Notes under the pieces: model-generated
Told to the model about the DNA's origin: nothing
Seen by the model: only the letters and a program-made list of their open reading frames with translations
The model's database searches: none
Program-made: the position numbers and the translations under genes
Part shown: positions 44,826 to 53,808 of the stretch, piece by piece
How the letters are laid out: every line of letters begins with the position of its first letter
How positions within the stretch are numbered: the stretch's first letter is position 1
Source of the DNA: Alphaproteobacteria bacterium
GTDB lineage: Bacteria > Pseudomonadota > Alphaproteobacteria > Sphingomonadales > Emcibacteraceae
DNA length: 64,000 nt
Direction: 5' to 3'
NCBI GenBank assembly: GCA_020446675.1
Contig: JAGREE010000005.1
Coordinates: 90,637 to 154,636, forward strand

Positions 44826-45865
44826 TCGCCCCTCAATTTATAATGAATGTCGGAAGTATCCCTCAGCATTTTTGCCGCCTGCTCGGGTGAAATGTCGCGC
44901 TGTGTTTCAGCCATCAGCTCATACCCGACCATAAATTTCTGGATTGTGGCGGACCTTAACAGTGGCGGATAAAAATGAGCGTGCATGATCCAATGTTCTG
45001 AGGGTTGCCCGTTTGCCGGGCGCCAGTGCCATCCCATGCTATAGGGGAAAGAACAGTTAAAAAGATTATCATAGCGCGTTGTCAGTTCCTTTAATATCCG
45101 GGCCAGTGACAATTTCTGTTCATCTGTTAAATCCGTCATATGGGAAATTGGGGTCCGTGGCAATAAAAGCATTTCAAAAGGCCAGGATGCCCAGTATGGC
45201 ACCAGTGCAACCCAGTCATCATTTATGCAGACAATGCGCTCCATAAGCTTAATTTCCTGCTTCACATAATCAAGCAGGAGGGGACTTTTAAGGGATTCAA
45301 AATAAGCTTTCTGCTCCCGGTCTTCGCGCGCCGCTTCATCGGGTAAAAAACTTCCCGCCCACACCTGACCATGGGGGTGCGGGTTTGAACAACCGTTAAT
45401 TTCGCCCTTATTTTCAAATATCTGAACCCAGGGATATTTTTGCTCTAGCTCGAAATAGAGTTTGCACCACGCATCAATTATTTTTTGAATACTATTGATA
45501 TCCAGTTCAGGCATGGTTTTGCTGTGATCCGGTGAATAGCAAATAACCTTGCAATTGCCGCTGACGGCTTCTGTCTGAAATAAACCGTCTTTCAGGTTTA
45601 TATCTGCCCCATTTTCTTCTATTGCGGCAAAATCATTATCAAAGATATAGACGTCCTTATACTCATCATTTACCAGGCCTGATGCCCGTATATTACCTGG
45701 ACATAGGTAGCATTCCTGATCATAGGACGGTTCCTGATGAAGTTTTTCTTTTTCAACTTTGCCTTTCCAAGGTCGGCTTGCGCGCTGCGGGGATACCAGA
45801 ACCCATTTGTTGCTAAGCGGGTTAAAACGCCTGTGTGGTTTGCTTTGCAGGGTCTCATGGCTCAT
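44822..45865 (-). CDS. galT: Galactose-1-phosphate uridylyltransferase
   Basis: HRRFNPLSNKWVLVSPQRASRPW, zinc CYLCPGN and active-site HPHGQVW. Confidence 0.93.
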   Translation of the reverse strand: MSHETLQSKPHRRFNPLSNKWVLVSPQRASRPWKGKVEKEKLHQEPSYDQECYLCPGNIRASGLVNDEYKDVYIFDNDFAAIEENGADINLKDGLFQTEAVSGNCKVICYSPDHSKTMPELDINSIQKIIDAWCKLYFELEQKYPWVQIFENKGEINGCSNPHPHGQVWAGSFLPDEAAREDREQKAYFESLKSPLLLDYVKQEIKLMERIVCINDDWVALVPYWASWPFEMLLLPRTPISHMTDLTDEQKLSLARILKELTTRYDNLFNCSFPYSMGWHWRPANGQPSEHWIMHAHFYPPLLRSATIQKFMVGYELMAETQRDISPEQAAKMLRDTSDIHYKLRGE

Positions 45866-45983
45866 TGGTGTGCTGGACTTTCATTATGGTTTTTAGAAAT
45901 TTAATCATGATATGGAATATTGTCAAAGGCGGCAACATATGAAATAGTCGGGTATAGAAAAAAAACGGGGAAGGGAAAGTCGT

Positions 45984-47546
45984 ATGCTGCTGGAAACTAT
46001 TGATATTACGATCGTTATTTCCTATGCCGTGATGATAATCATCATTGCACAGTATGTCAGCCGTGAAAAAGCCGGGCATGACAAAAATACCAAGGATTAT
46101 TTCCTGGCCGGTAAGTCGCTGCCCTGGTGGGCGATCGGGGCATCCCTGATAGCGGCCAATATATCGGCAGAACAGATTGTCGGGATGTCAGGGTCCGGCT
46201 ATGTCATCGGACTTGGTATTGCGTCATATGAGTGGACGGGGGCAATTACACTGCTGATTGTCGGAAAATACTTTCTGCCCATTTTTTTGCAGAACCAGAT
46301 CTATTCGATGCCCCAGTTCCTTGAAAAACGCTATGACGGGCGCGTGCGCTTTGTCATGGCGATTTTCTGGCTCGGGCTTTATATTTTCGTCAATCTGACA
46401 TCCATTTTGTGGCTTGGCGCGCTGGCGATCAACACTATCACCGGCATTGAAATAACAAGCGGCCTTTTTATCCTGGGGGGACTTGCCATAGCCTATTCCC
46501 TTTATGGCGGGCTTAAGGCTGTTGCCCTGACCGATATTATTCAGGTGGCGTTGCTGGTATTTGGCGGGCTGATGGTCTCCTCGGTTGCACTGGGGCAAAT
46601 CGGTGGGGATCAGGGCATCTGGGGCGGCTTTATTGAGCTGACCGAACGTCTGCCGGAAAAATTTGATATGATCCTTTCCTCCGATAGTCCCTATTATAAA
46701 GACCTGCCGGGAATTTCCGTGCTGATTGGCGGTATGTGGATGATGAACCTGTCCTATTGGGGGTTTAACCAATATGTGATCCAGCGGGCACTGGCGGCAA
46801 AATCAATCCATGAAGCGCGAAAAGGGATCGTGTTTGCCTGTTTTTTAAAAATACTGATGCCTGTAATTGTCGTTCTGCCGGGTATTGCTGCGGCACTTCT
46901 GGTCAATGATCTGAAAGCCCCCGATCAGGCCTATCCTGAAATGATGAAACTGCTGCCCACCGGGATTAAGGGATTGGTTTTTGCGGCGCTGATCGCGGCA
47001 ATTCTATCCTCTCTTGGGTCAATGATGAATTCCATATCGACCATATTTACCATGGATATTTATAAAACCATGCATAAAAATGTCAGTGAACATAAGCTTG
47101 TGACCATCGGCCGTATCACCGCGGCAACAGCGATGGTGATTGCCATTATTATTGCCAAACCGCTTTTGGGTAATTTTGGTCAGGCCTTTCAGTTTATTCA
47201 GGAATTTACCGGCTTCTTTACCCCCGGTATTGTTGTGATTTTCCTGCTTGGGCTTTTCTGGAAGCGGGCAACAGCCAATAGCGCGCTGGTTGCGGGGATC
47301 GGTTCCTTTGTTTTTTCCATTTTGTTAAGGCAGTATTGGCCGGAACTACCCTTCCTTGACCGGGTTGGGGTCGTTTTCCTGCTTTGTGGCGCATTGGCCA
47401 TTCTGCTTTCCTATATCATGCCGCACCATGATATGGATAATACGATTATAACTGAAAATGCGGAATATCAGGTTGATCAGTCTTTCAGGATTGGCAGTAT
47501 CTGTATCACGGCCATAATCGCCAGCCTTTATATTATTTGGTGGTGA
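45984..47546 (+). CDS. Sodium/sugar (SGLT-type) SSS-family symporter
   Basis: 520-aa polytopic ORF with DYFLAGKSLPWWAIGASLIAANISAEQ and NQYVIQRALAAKS. It is divergent from galTK. Confidence 0.85.
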   Translation: MLLETIDITIVISYAVMIIIIAQYVSREKAGHDKNTKDYFLAGKSLPWWAIGASLIAANISAEQIVGMSGSGYVIGLGIASYEWTGAITLLIVGKYFLPIFLQNQIYSMPQFLEKRYDGRVRFVMAIFWLGLYIFVNLTSILWLGALAINTITGIEITSGLFILGGLAIAYSLYGGLKAVALTDIIQVALLVFGGLMVSSVALGQIGGDQGIWGGFIELTERLPEKFDMILSSDSPYYKDLPGISVLIGGMWMMNLSYWGFNQYVIQRALAAKSIHEARKGIVFACFLKILMPVIVVLPGIAAALLVNDLKAPDQAYPEMMKLLPTGIKGLVFAALIAAILSSLGSMMNSISTIFTMDIYKTMHKNVSEHKLVTIGRITAATAMVIAIIIAKPLLGNFGQAFQFIQEFTGFFTPGIVVIFLLGLFWKRATANSALVAGIGSFVFSILLRQYWPELPFLDRVGVVFLLCGALAILLSYIMPHHDMDNTIITENAEYQVDQSFRIGSICITAIIASLYIIWW

Positions 47547-47572
47547 ATAAATCATAAAAAAGGGGAAATATT

Positions 47573-48721
47573 ATGCATTTTATAAAACTGTTACTGGCCC
47601 TTGGGGGGCTTATCGGCATAAGTCAAATAACAATGGCAAACGAACGGGGCGAAGCCGACCGCTGGAGCGTACAGAAAGCCAATGACTGGTATAAGGCGCA
47701 GCCATGGAGCGCCGGGTTTAACTATGCGCCGAGCTACGCCATTAACCAGCTTGAAATGTGGCAGGAAGACAGTTTCGACGATAAAATTATCGACCGGGAA
47801 CTTGGCTACGCCAAAGATATCGGCTTTAACATGGCGCGGGTGTTCCTTCATAACCTGCTTTGGGATCAGGACCGGAAAGGCTTCATAAAACGCATTAACA
47901 GATTTCTTGAAATCGCCGACAAAAATAACGTCAAAATCATGTTTGTGCTGTTTGATGATGTGTGGGACCCAACGCCGCATCTTGGTAAGCAGCGCGCGCC
48001 AATTCCACATACCCATAATTCCGGATGGGTTCAGGCACCGGGAAAAGATATATTGGGTGATCTGAACCGTCATGATGAACTGGAAGGCTATGTGAAAGGA
48101 ATCCTTACGGAATTCGGCAATGATCCAAGGGTCACGGTCTGGGATATTTATAATGAACCGGGCAATTTGAATGTGGAAGCATATGGCACAAAAGAGATTG
48201 ATAATAAAGAATTTTTCAGTCTTCAGCTTCTCAAAAAAATATTCGGATGGGCGCGGACGGCAAACCCTTCCCAACCACTTACCGCTGGTGTGTGGCGATC
48301 CCGTTTTGGTGCCTGGGTTGGTGAAAATCCGGACGATCCGGCCTCGAAACTTTATCATTTTATGCTGGAAAATTCGGACATTATTACCTTCCATTCCTAT
48401 GAAGGGCTAAAAAATGTTAAAAGTGTCGTGGGATCACTTCAGGCGCTTGGGCGACCACTGATCTGCACCGAATATATGGCGCGGCCCTACAGCACTTTTG
48501 AGGACATCATGCCCTATTTTGCAGCGGAGAAAATCGGGGCCATAAACTGGGGCTTTATTGCCGGCAAAAGCCAGACCAATTATCCTTGGGCGTCCTGGTC
48601 ACAGGGCTATAACGCAGAGCCGACACCATGGTTTCATGATATCCTCCGCGCCGATGGCAGCAAATACAGCGAAGAAGAAGTGCGCTTCATCAGCAATTTA
48701 ATCAAGCAGACCAATAAATGA
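47573..48721 (+). CDS. Secreted clan GH-A (GH5-like TIM-barrel) glycoside hydrolase
   Basis: Signal peptide. IYNEPGN matches the acid/base NEP motif of clan A. A later TEYM is a candidate nucleophile Glu. The exact family was not determined. Confidence 0.6.
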   Translation: MHFIKLLLALGGLIGISQITMANERGEADRWSVQKANDWYKAQPWSAGFNYAPSYAINQLEMWQEDSFDDKIIDRELGYAKDIGFNMARVFLHNLLWDQDRKGFIKRINRFLEIADKNNVKIMFVLFDDVWDPTPHLGKQRAPIPHTHNSGWVQAPGKDILGDLNRHDELEGYVKGILTEFGNDPRVTVWDIYNEPGNLNVEAYGTKEIDNKEFFSLQLLKKIFGWARTANPSQPLTAGVWRSRFGAWVGENPDDPASKLYHFMLENSDIITFHSYEGLKNVKSVVGSLQALGRPLICTEYMARPYSTFEDIMPYFAAEKIGAINWGFIAGKSQTNYPWASWSQGYNAEPTPWFHDILRADGSKYSEEEVRFISNLIKQTNK

Positions 48722-48730
48722 GAAAACAAA

Positions 48731-49879
48731 ATGAAAAAATTTCTAATCTGCCCGGCTATCGTCGGGGCCTACCTTTCACTGGTGTCCTGCATGACGAATG
48801 AAAATCCGGACCGTATCAGTGTAAAACAGTTTGGTGTGCTTGATGACGGGCGCGCCGTACAGGTTTATACCCTTAAAAACAGTGCAGGCAGCAGCATTGA
48901 TATTCTTGACCTTGGCGGCATCATTACAGCGATCAACGTGCCGGACCGTGACGGGACTTTGGCTGATATTGCCCTTGGCTTTGATAATCCGGAACAATAT
49001 CTGACCGACAGCCCCTATATGGGGGCACTGGTCGGGCGCTACGCCAACCGCATTGCCAAGGGGAAATTCACCCTTGACGGTAATGACTATAGTTTGGCGA
49101 TCAATAATATGGGCAATGCGCTTCATGGCGGCATTGTCGGCTTTGATAAAAAAATATGGCAAAGCGCGGCCAGCACCGCGGATGACGCGGCCATACTCAC
49201 CCTTTCTCTGGTCAGCCCCGATGGGGATGAGGGATACCCGGGTGCGTTATCCGCCACCGTCACCTACACCTTTGATGATCAGAACAGATTGACAATTTCC
49301 TATCACGCCACCACCGATAAGGCGACCGTGGTCAATTTAACCAACCACAGCTATTTTAACCTAAATGGTCATAATGCCGGGTCAATTCTGGATCATGTCA
49401 TGATGATTAATGCGGCCACCTATACCCCCGTTGATGAAACCCTGATCCCGACCAGGGAAATTTCGCCGGTAAAGGGCACCGCCTTTGATTTTGAAAACGC
49501 AAAACCCATTGGCCGCGATATCGGCGCGGGTGAGCAGCAAATTCAATATGGTCTGGGATATGATCATAACTGGGTGCTTGAAAAATCATCCCCCAATGAT
49601 TTTGAGCTTGCCGCGGCGGTTTATTCACCCAAAAGTGGCCGGATGATCAGTCTTTATACCGATCAGCCCGGATTACAGTTTTATACCGGCAATTTTCTGG
49701 ATGGCACGGTTACGGGCAAGGACAATACCCGCTATCAGAAGCGCGGGGCATTCTGCCTTGAAACCCAGCATTTCCCGGATAGTCCGAACCATCCAAACTT
49801 CCCGACCACGATACTAAGACCGGGGGAGACTTATGAAACCACCACAGTGTTTGAATTTGGCATACTTGAACAGGATTAA
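48731..49879 (+). CDS. galM: Aldose 1-epimerase (galactose mutarotase) with lipoprotein signal
   Basis: GRYANRIAKGKFTLDG, NALHGG, NLTNHSYFNL and CLETQHFPDSPN. The N-terminus has lipobox LSLVSC. Confidence 0.88.
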   Translation: MKKFLICPAIVGAYLSLVSCMTNENPDRISVKQFGVLDDGRAVQVYTLKNSAGSSIDILDLGGIITAINVPDRDGTLADIALGFDNPEQYLTDSPYMGALVGRYANRIAKGKFTLDGNDYSLAINNMGNALHGGIVGFDKKIWQSAASTADDAAILTLSLVSPDGDEGYPGALSATVTYTFDDQNRLTISYHATTDKATVVNLTNHSYFNLNGHNAGSILDHVMMINAATYTPVDETLIPTREISPVKGTAFDFENAKPIGRDIGAGEQQIQYGLGYDHNWVLEKSSPNDFELAAAVYSPKSGRMISLYTDQPGLQFYTGNFLDGTVTGKDNTRYQKRGAFCLETQHFPDSPNHPNFPTTILRPGETYETTTVFEFGILEQD

Positions 49880-49883
49880 ATAA

Positions 49884-50048
49884 ATGACCAAGGATTCCGC
49901 CGCCAAATTTGATAGCGCCCGTGCCGGCGAATATGCCCGCCAAAGCCGGATCGGACTGGCGGGCTATGATGCCTGCCATGACCTTTCCGCCTGTATGCTT
50001 GCGGCCGCACTGGGTCGGAAGCAGACAATTCACCGCCGCCCATTTTAA
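49884..50048 (+). pseudogene. 5' fragment (54 codons) of a class I SAM-dependent methyltransferase gene
   Basis: MTKDSAAKFDSARAGEYARQSRIGLAGYDACHDLSACMLAAALG is recalled as the conserved N-terminus of a proteobacterial methyltransferase family. It ends in a stop before any SAM-binding GxGxG motif. Confidence 0.5.
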
Positions 50049-50155
50049 GCTTCCGACTATTTGATCGCTGATAAAGAGATAACTGTGGACATAATCCGAA
50101 TTTGCAATCCCGTTCATTCTTAAGTAAATTAACTAACTTATTAATCGGAGATCAT

Positions 50156-51691
50156 ATGCGGGATATTTTTCTTTTAATATTAATGGCATTGTCACAGGGC
50201 TTATTTATCAGTTCTAGCAGCCTGGCGCAGGTAAATACAGGAAAGCAGGATTTAGGACTGACCGAATTTCAGTTGGGACAGCCAGAAAAAATTGAACGAA
50301 CCCCTGAAGAAATAGTTGGACAGGGCATTGAACAATATAAAAAAGCCACTGAGTTAGAGCCAACAGATCCTGTAAATGCCTACCGTAACTATATTTTTGC
50401 CAGTTACAATTACCATAGTGATGCTCAAAAAAAATATAAGAAACTGGAAAAATCACTAACCAAAGAACAAATTGGCGATGTTGCCTATGAGGTGGCCTCT
50501 ATTTTTGCCTCAACAATGAACGGCTTTGCCAAATTGCGGGAAATTAATGTCTTAAAAACACTTAATCCGAACCAAATGTTTAAACAGAAAAATGAATGGT
50601 TGGAAAAAGCTGTAAAAAATAATAATACCCGTGCCATGCTTGAACTTGCGGAAGTCAAGTCAAACATGCACAAAGAAGGTCAGGCAATAAAACTTCTCGA
50701 AAAGGCGGCAGAACTAGGAAATCTTGATGCAAACTATCAGTTAGCCTTAAGGTATTTGGATGGAAAAGGCGTGGATAAAGATGATAAAATTTCCCGGGAA
50801 CTTTTTGAAAAAGCCGCAGCACTTAATCACGAACCATCAAAATCTGCACTTACCTCAATCTACTTATTCCCTGAAATTATGGCTGAACAAGGCAACCGAG
50901 ATGCACAAAATATCGTTGCCACTTCTCTATTCAGGGAAGCTGTTCAAAATATTATTGATATCCGTTATGCAGTAAAAAATCGTTCGCCAGAAATATTTGC
51001 AAAATCACGCTACTGGTTTGAACAGGCAGCCGAACAGGGAAGCGGTTATGCCATGCACTACCTTGCCATGTATAGTTATTATGGTCTTGGCACTGAACAA
51101 AATGAAGCATTATTTGTTAAGTGGTTAACAAAAGCAGCGCAAGCCGATTTTGGACCCGCAAATGTCAATATGGGCTATTTGCTTGAAAATGGCATCGGAA
51201 TTCAAAAATCAGAACAAAAAGCCCTGGAAATCTACACAATGAATGCTAATGAAGGTGTTGTCAGTGCCCAAAGTATATTAGGCAGGCTCTATAAAAGCGG
51301 TAATGAACTTGTGAGTAAAGATCTGGAGAAATCCCTTTATTGGTTAAATAAGGCCGCCGAGCAAAACGACAAAATATCCCAATATCTACTATGCACATAT
51401 TATTCTGAAGGTCCTGAGCAATCACGGGATTACTTGGAAGCCGGAAAATGGTTAAGAATATTCACAACAGGTAAAGATGTCTATTTATCTGGACCGGATG
51501 GAATCATGCTATTTATTCCCGAATTAATGAAAAGTGTCAAAAATATTGATGCTGAGATTACCGAGGAGCAAAAAAAGGATATAATTTTAAAGGCAAAAGA
51601 ATGGATGGTTTTACATCCTGTAGATGAACAATCACAATTTAGTAAGAGTTATTTAGATATCTATCGTAAAGTTGATCTGCATGTTTGGTAA
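50156..51691 (+). CDS. Sel1-like repeat (SLR/TPR-like) secreted protein
   Basis: GGAG lies 7 nt upstream of the ATG at 50156. Signal peptide (ILMALSQGLFISSSSLAQV). Multiple SLR units (AAELGNLDANYQLALRYLDGKGV; AAEQGSGYAMHYLAMYSYYGLG; etc.). Confidence 0.85.
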   Translation: MRDIFLLILMALSQGLFISSSSLAQVNTGKQDLGLTEFQLGQPEKIERTPEEIVGQGIEQYKKATELEPTDPVNAYRNYIFASYNYHSDAQKKYKKLEKSLTKEQIGDVAYEVASIFASTMNGFAKLREINVLKTLNPNQMFKQKNEWLEKAVKNNNTRAMLELAEVKSNMHKEGQAIKLLEKAAELGNLDANYQLALRYLDGKGVDKDDKISRELFEKAAALNHEPSKSALTSIYLFPEIMAEQGNRDAQNIVATSLFREAVQNIIDIRYAVKNRSPEIFAKSRYWFEQAAEQGSGYAMHYLAMYSYYGLGTEQNEALFVKWLTKAAQADFGPANVNMGYLLENGIGIQKSEQKALEIYTMNANEGVVSAQSILGRLYKSGNELVSKDLEKSLYWLNKAAEQNDKISQYLLCTYYSEGPEQSRDYLEAGKWLRIFTTGKDVYLSGPDGIMLFIPELMKSVKNIDAEITEEQKKDIILKAKEWMVLHPVDEQSQFSKSYLDIYRKVDLHVW

Positions 51692-51779
51692 CAGATTATT
51701 ATTTTTTCATTTAAGTTAAATAAGATAAAAGCTGACAATCGTATCCGACTTAGATTTAAATCAGACGTTAATCCCCCCG

Positions 51780-52278
51780 CAACCCATTCGATGCCACCGG
51801 AAAAATGATTGGCGGTAAAGGGATGATCGGGCGGGAAAGTATGACTAAGCCAGATATATAAGGCGCGAACACCATCAAAAACGTGGGTTCAGACAATCGC
51901 CTCAAGCCATTCCGGTTATGTGTGTGATGCCTTCACCACTGGTGTAGTTAAGGACTGGGGCGGTGGCATCAGGAAAAGCAGGATATTCTGGCGCAGATTT
52001 CAAAGCGGTTAAAACCCGACGCACCATTTGTCGTTGCCGGGAATTACCGCAGCTATGCTTCGGAACCTCTCCTCATGGCGGCCTGGGCCAACCGCTGGCG
52101 TATGCATGGCGCTGACGCTGCGGAGGTCAAAGCCAAACAGGGCAAGCTGCTTGAGGGCACAAAACCACCCCCGTCTGAACAGGCCGTCATAAACCTGCTG
52201 GCTGACGCGGGCATTCATGACCCGATCCGCTTTTTCGCCAGCCTTTTCTGGGACGCCTGGGTGGCGAGACGGGATTAA
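51780..52278 (+). pseudogene. Decayed 3' part of the same SAM-dependent methyltransferase gene
   Basis: The frame open from 51952 reads QEKQDILAQISKRLKPDAPFVVAGNY..EPLLMAAWANRWRMHGADAAEVKAK...FFASLFWDAWVA. The upstream piece (CDAFTTGVV) is in another frame and bounded by stops, so there is at least one frameshift near 51960-51970. Confidence 0.5.
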
Positions 52279-52303
52279 CGTGTTGATTTTTTCTAATTAG
52301 CTA

Positions 52304-52322
52304 ATGGCGGAGAGGGTGGGAT
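52304..52322 (-). repeat. 19-nt duplicate of the tRNA-Ser 3' end (att-like scar)
   Basis: ATGGCGGAGAGGGTGGGAT at 52304-52322 is identical to 52465-52483, which covers the acceptor and T-stem 3' strand of the tRNA. The two copies have the same orientation and lie 161 nt apart. Confidence 0.75.
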
Positions 52323-52430
52323 AGCGCGCTGCGCTCGTCCTTCGGACCGCCGCACGTTGTTTGGCGTCGTTCGGCCCTATGGCCTCACCGAACCATGGGT
52401 TCGTTCACCAAACCCGTCTGCCGCTAAAAT

Positions 52431-52464
52431 AAAAAAAGCAGGGCTTATGGCCCTGCCTTTTTTT
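52431..52464. terminator. Bidirectional intrinsic terminator next to the tRNA-Ser 3' end
   Basis: A-run, then GCAGGGC-TTATG-GCCCTGC, then a T8 run. Confidence 0.75.
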
Positions 52465-52465
52465 A

Positions 52466-52555
52466 TGGCGGAGAGGGTGGGATTCGAACCCACGAAGGAC
52501 TTGCATCCTTGCTGGTTTTCAAGACCAGTGCATTCAACCGCTCTGCCACCTCTCC
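52466..52555 (-). tRNA. tRNA-Ser (anticodon UGA), type II with long variable arm, encoded CCA
   Basis: The reverse complement reads GGAGAGG-TG-GCAGAGCGGTTGAATGC..CTGGT-CTTGAAA-ACCAG-(variable arm AAGGATGCAAGTCCTT)-GTGGGTTCGAATCCCAC-CCTCTCC-G-CCA. Confidence 0.93.
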
Positions 52556-52721
52556 AGATGAAATAGTCGCGATTATGCGTGAGAAGAGGATTTAGCGGAT
52601 CAGGAACTAATGGTCAAGCATAGATTGGCGAGTTTTCAATTATATTGGCAATTTTAAGTTTTTTTCTTATTTGCCTTTGAATCGTCAAGATTTTTGAACT
52701 ATATATACTAACACAAATATA

Positions 52722-53804
52722 GTGACCGTTTTCCAGCAGAGATATAAGGGCAGATCAGTGATCAGAGCATTATTCATAACGTTATTTTCAAGCATGTTCA
52801 TAATGGTAAACGCCAATGCCCAGCGGCAGGTGGAGGATAATCCCGTGCCGTTTGAAACGTGGCTGGCCGAACTTAAGGCTGAGGCGCTGCAGGAAGGGGT
52901 ATCCCAGCGCATACTTGATCTGACCTTTGACGGGCTTACGCCGGACCCGAAAGTGGTCGAGCTTGACCGTCGTCAGCCTGAATTTACCCAGACCGCGGAA
53001 GAATATCTTGAAAAGCGGGTAAGCCCCATACGGATTAAAAACGGCCGCAAAAAAATGCAGGAATTTGCCGATGTGCTTGACCCGTCGGCAAAAAATATTG
53101 CGGTGCAGAAACGCTTTATCGCCTCCATCTGGGGGATGGAAACAAATTATGGGACCTATACCGGGAATTATAATGTGGTCCGCTCCCTGATGACTCTGGC
53201 CTATGATATGCGCCGCAGCAGTTTTTTCAGAAAAGAACTGCTTAAAGCGCTGCTGATCCTGGAACAGGGGCATATTGCCCCGGATCAAATGACCGGATCC
53301 TGGGCCGGGGCCATGGGGCAGGGACAGTTTATGCCAACGAGCTTTTTTGCCTATGCCTATGATATGGACGGGGACGGCAAAAAAAATATCTGGACCGATG
53401 AGGCGGATGTTTTCGGCTCTATCGGTAATTATTTAAGTGTTCATGGCTGGCGCCCGGATCAGACATGGGGCCGGGAAGTGAAGCTGCCGGATGATCTGAA
53501 GGCCCGTCAGGCGCTTGTTGATCTGACCCATGAACCAAACCCGCCGAAATCCTGCAAACGGGCACTTTCGGCGCACAGTAAAAAATATTCACTGGATGAG
53601 TGGCAGGAAATGGGCGTGCGCAATCTTGATGGCAGTGACCTTCCCAAAGTGACCAACAGCAATATCGAAGCCACACTCCTTATGCCAATGGGCATTGACG
53701 GTCCGGCCTATCTGACATATCAGAATTTTCGGACAATCCTGACTTATAATTGTTCAAATCTTTATGCTCTTGGGGTCAGTCTGCTTTCGGATGAGTTGAA
53801 ATAG
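52722..53804 (+). CDS. Lytic murein transglycosylase (MltB family)
   Basis: IWGMETNYG, GQGQFMPTSF, DMDGDGKKNIW and GNYLSVHGW. The start is a GTG and uncertain. Confidence 0.85.
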   Translation: MTVFQQRYKGRSVIRALFITLFSSMFIMVNANAQRQVEDNPVPFETWLAELKAEALQEGVSQRILDLTFDGLTPDPKVVELDRRQPEFTQTAEEYLEKRVSPIRIKNGRKKMQEFADVLDPSAKNIAVQKRFIASIWGMETNYGTYTGNYNVVRSLMTLAYDMRRSSFFRKELLKALLILEQGHIAPDQMTGSWAGAMGQGQFMPTSFFAYAYDMDGDGKKNIWTDEADVFGSIGNYLSVHGWRPDQTWGREVKLPDDLKARQALVDLTHEPNPPKSCKRALSAHSKKYSLDEWQEMGVRNLDGSDLPKVTNSNIEATLLMPMGIDGPAYLTYQNFRTILTYNCSNLYALGVSLLSDELK

Positions 53805-53808
53805 TTGA

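Noticed and set aside
47591-48394. 267-aa minus-strand ORF antisense to the GH-A hydrolase gene, with similar shadow ORFs at 13711-14328, 46224-46772 and 59844-60524
   Set aside because: Each lies wholly inside a gene whose product carries strong family motifs (NEP hydrolase, nitrilase CWEN, SGLT, GuaA). None of the shadow ORFs has motifs or a plausible start context.
50030-51790. Search for target-site duplications or terminal inverted repeats at the edges of the Sel1 cassette
   Set aside because: Only trivial matches of 6-7 nt (for example CCCATT) were seen at the two junctions, and no IS-like ends were found. The insertion is therefore inferred from the split gene and the composition alone.
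52323-52430. Hairpin-rich GC-rich segment between the tRNA 3'-end duplicate and the tRNA terminator, considered as a second tRNA or small RNA
   Set aside because: It has no cloverleaf: there is no GTTCGAAT-type T-loop, no 5' acceptor partner and no anticodon arm. A small RNA cannot be called without expression or conservation data. The 69-aa ORF at 52357-52566 runs through the tRNA and is spurious.
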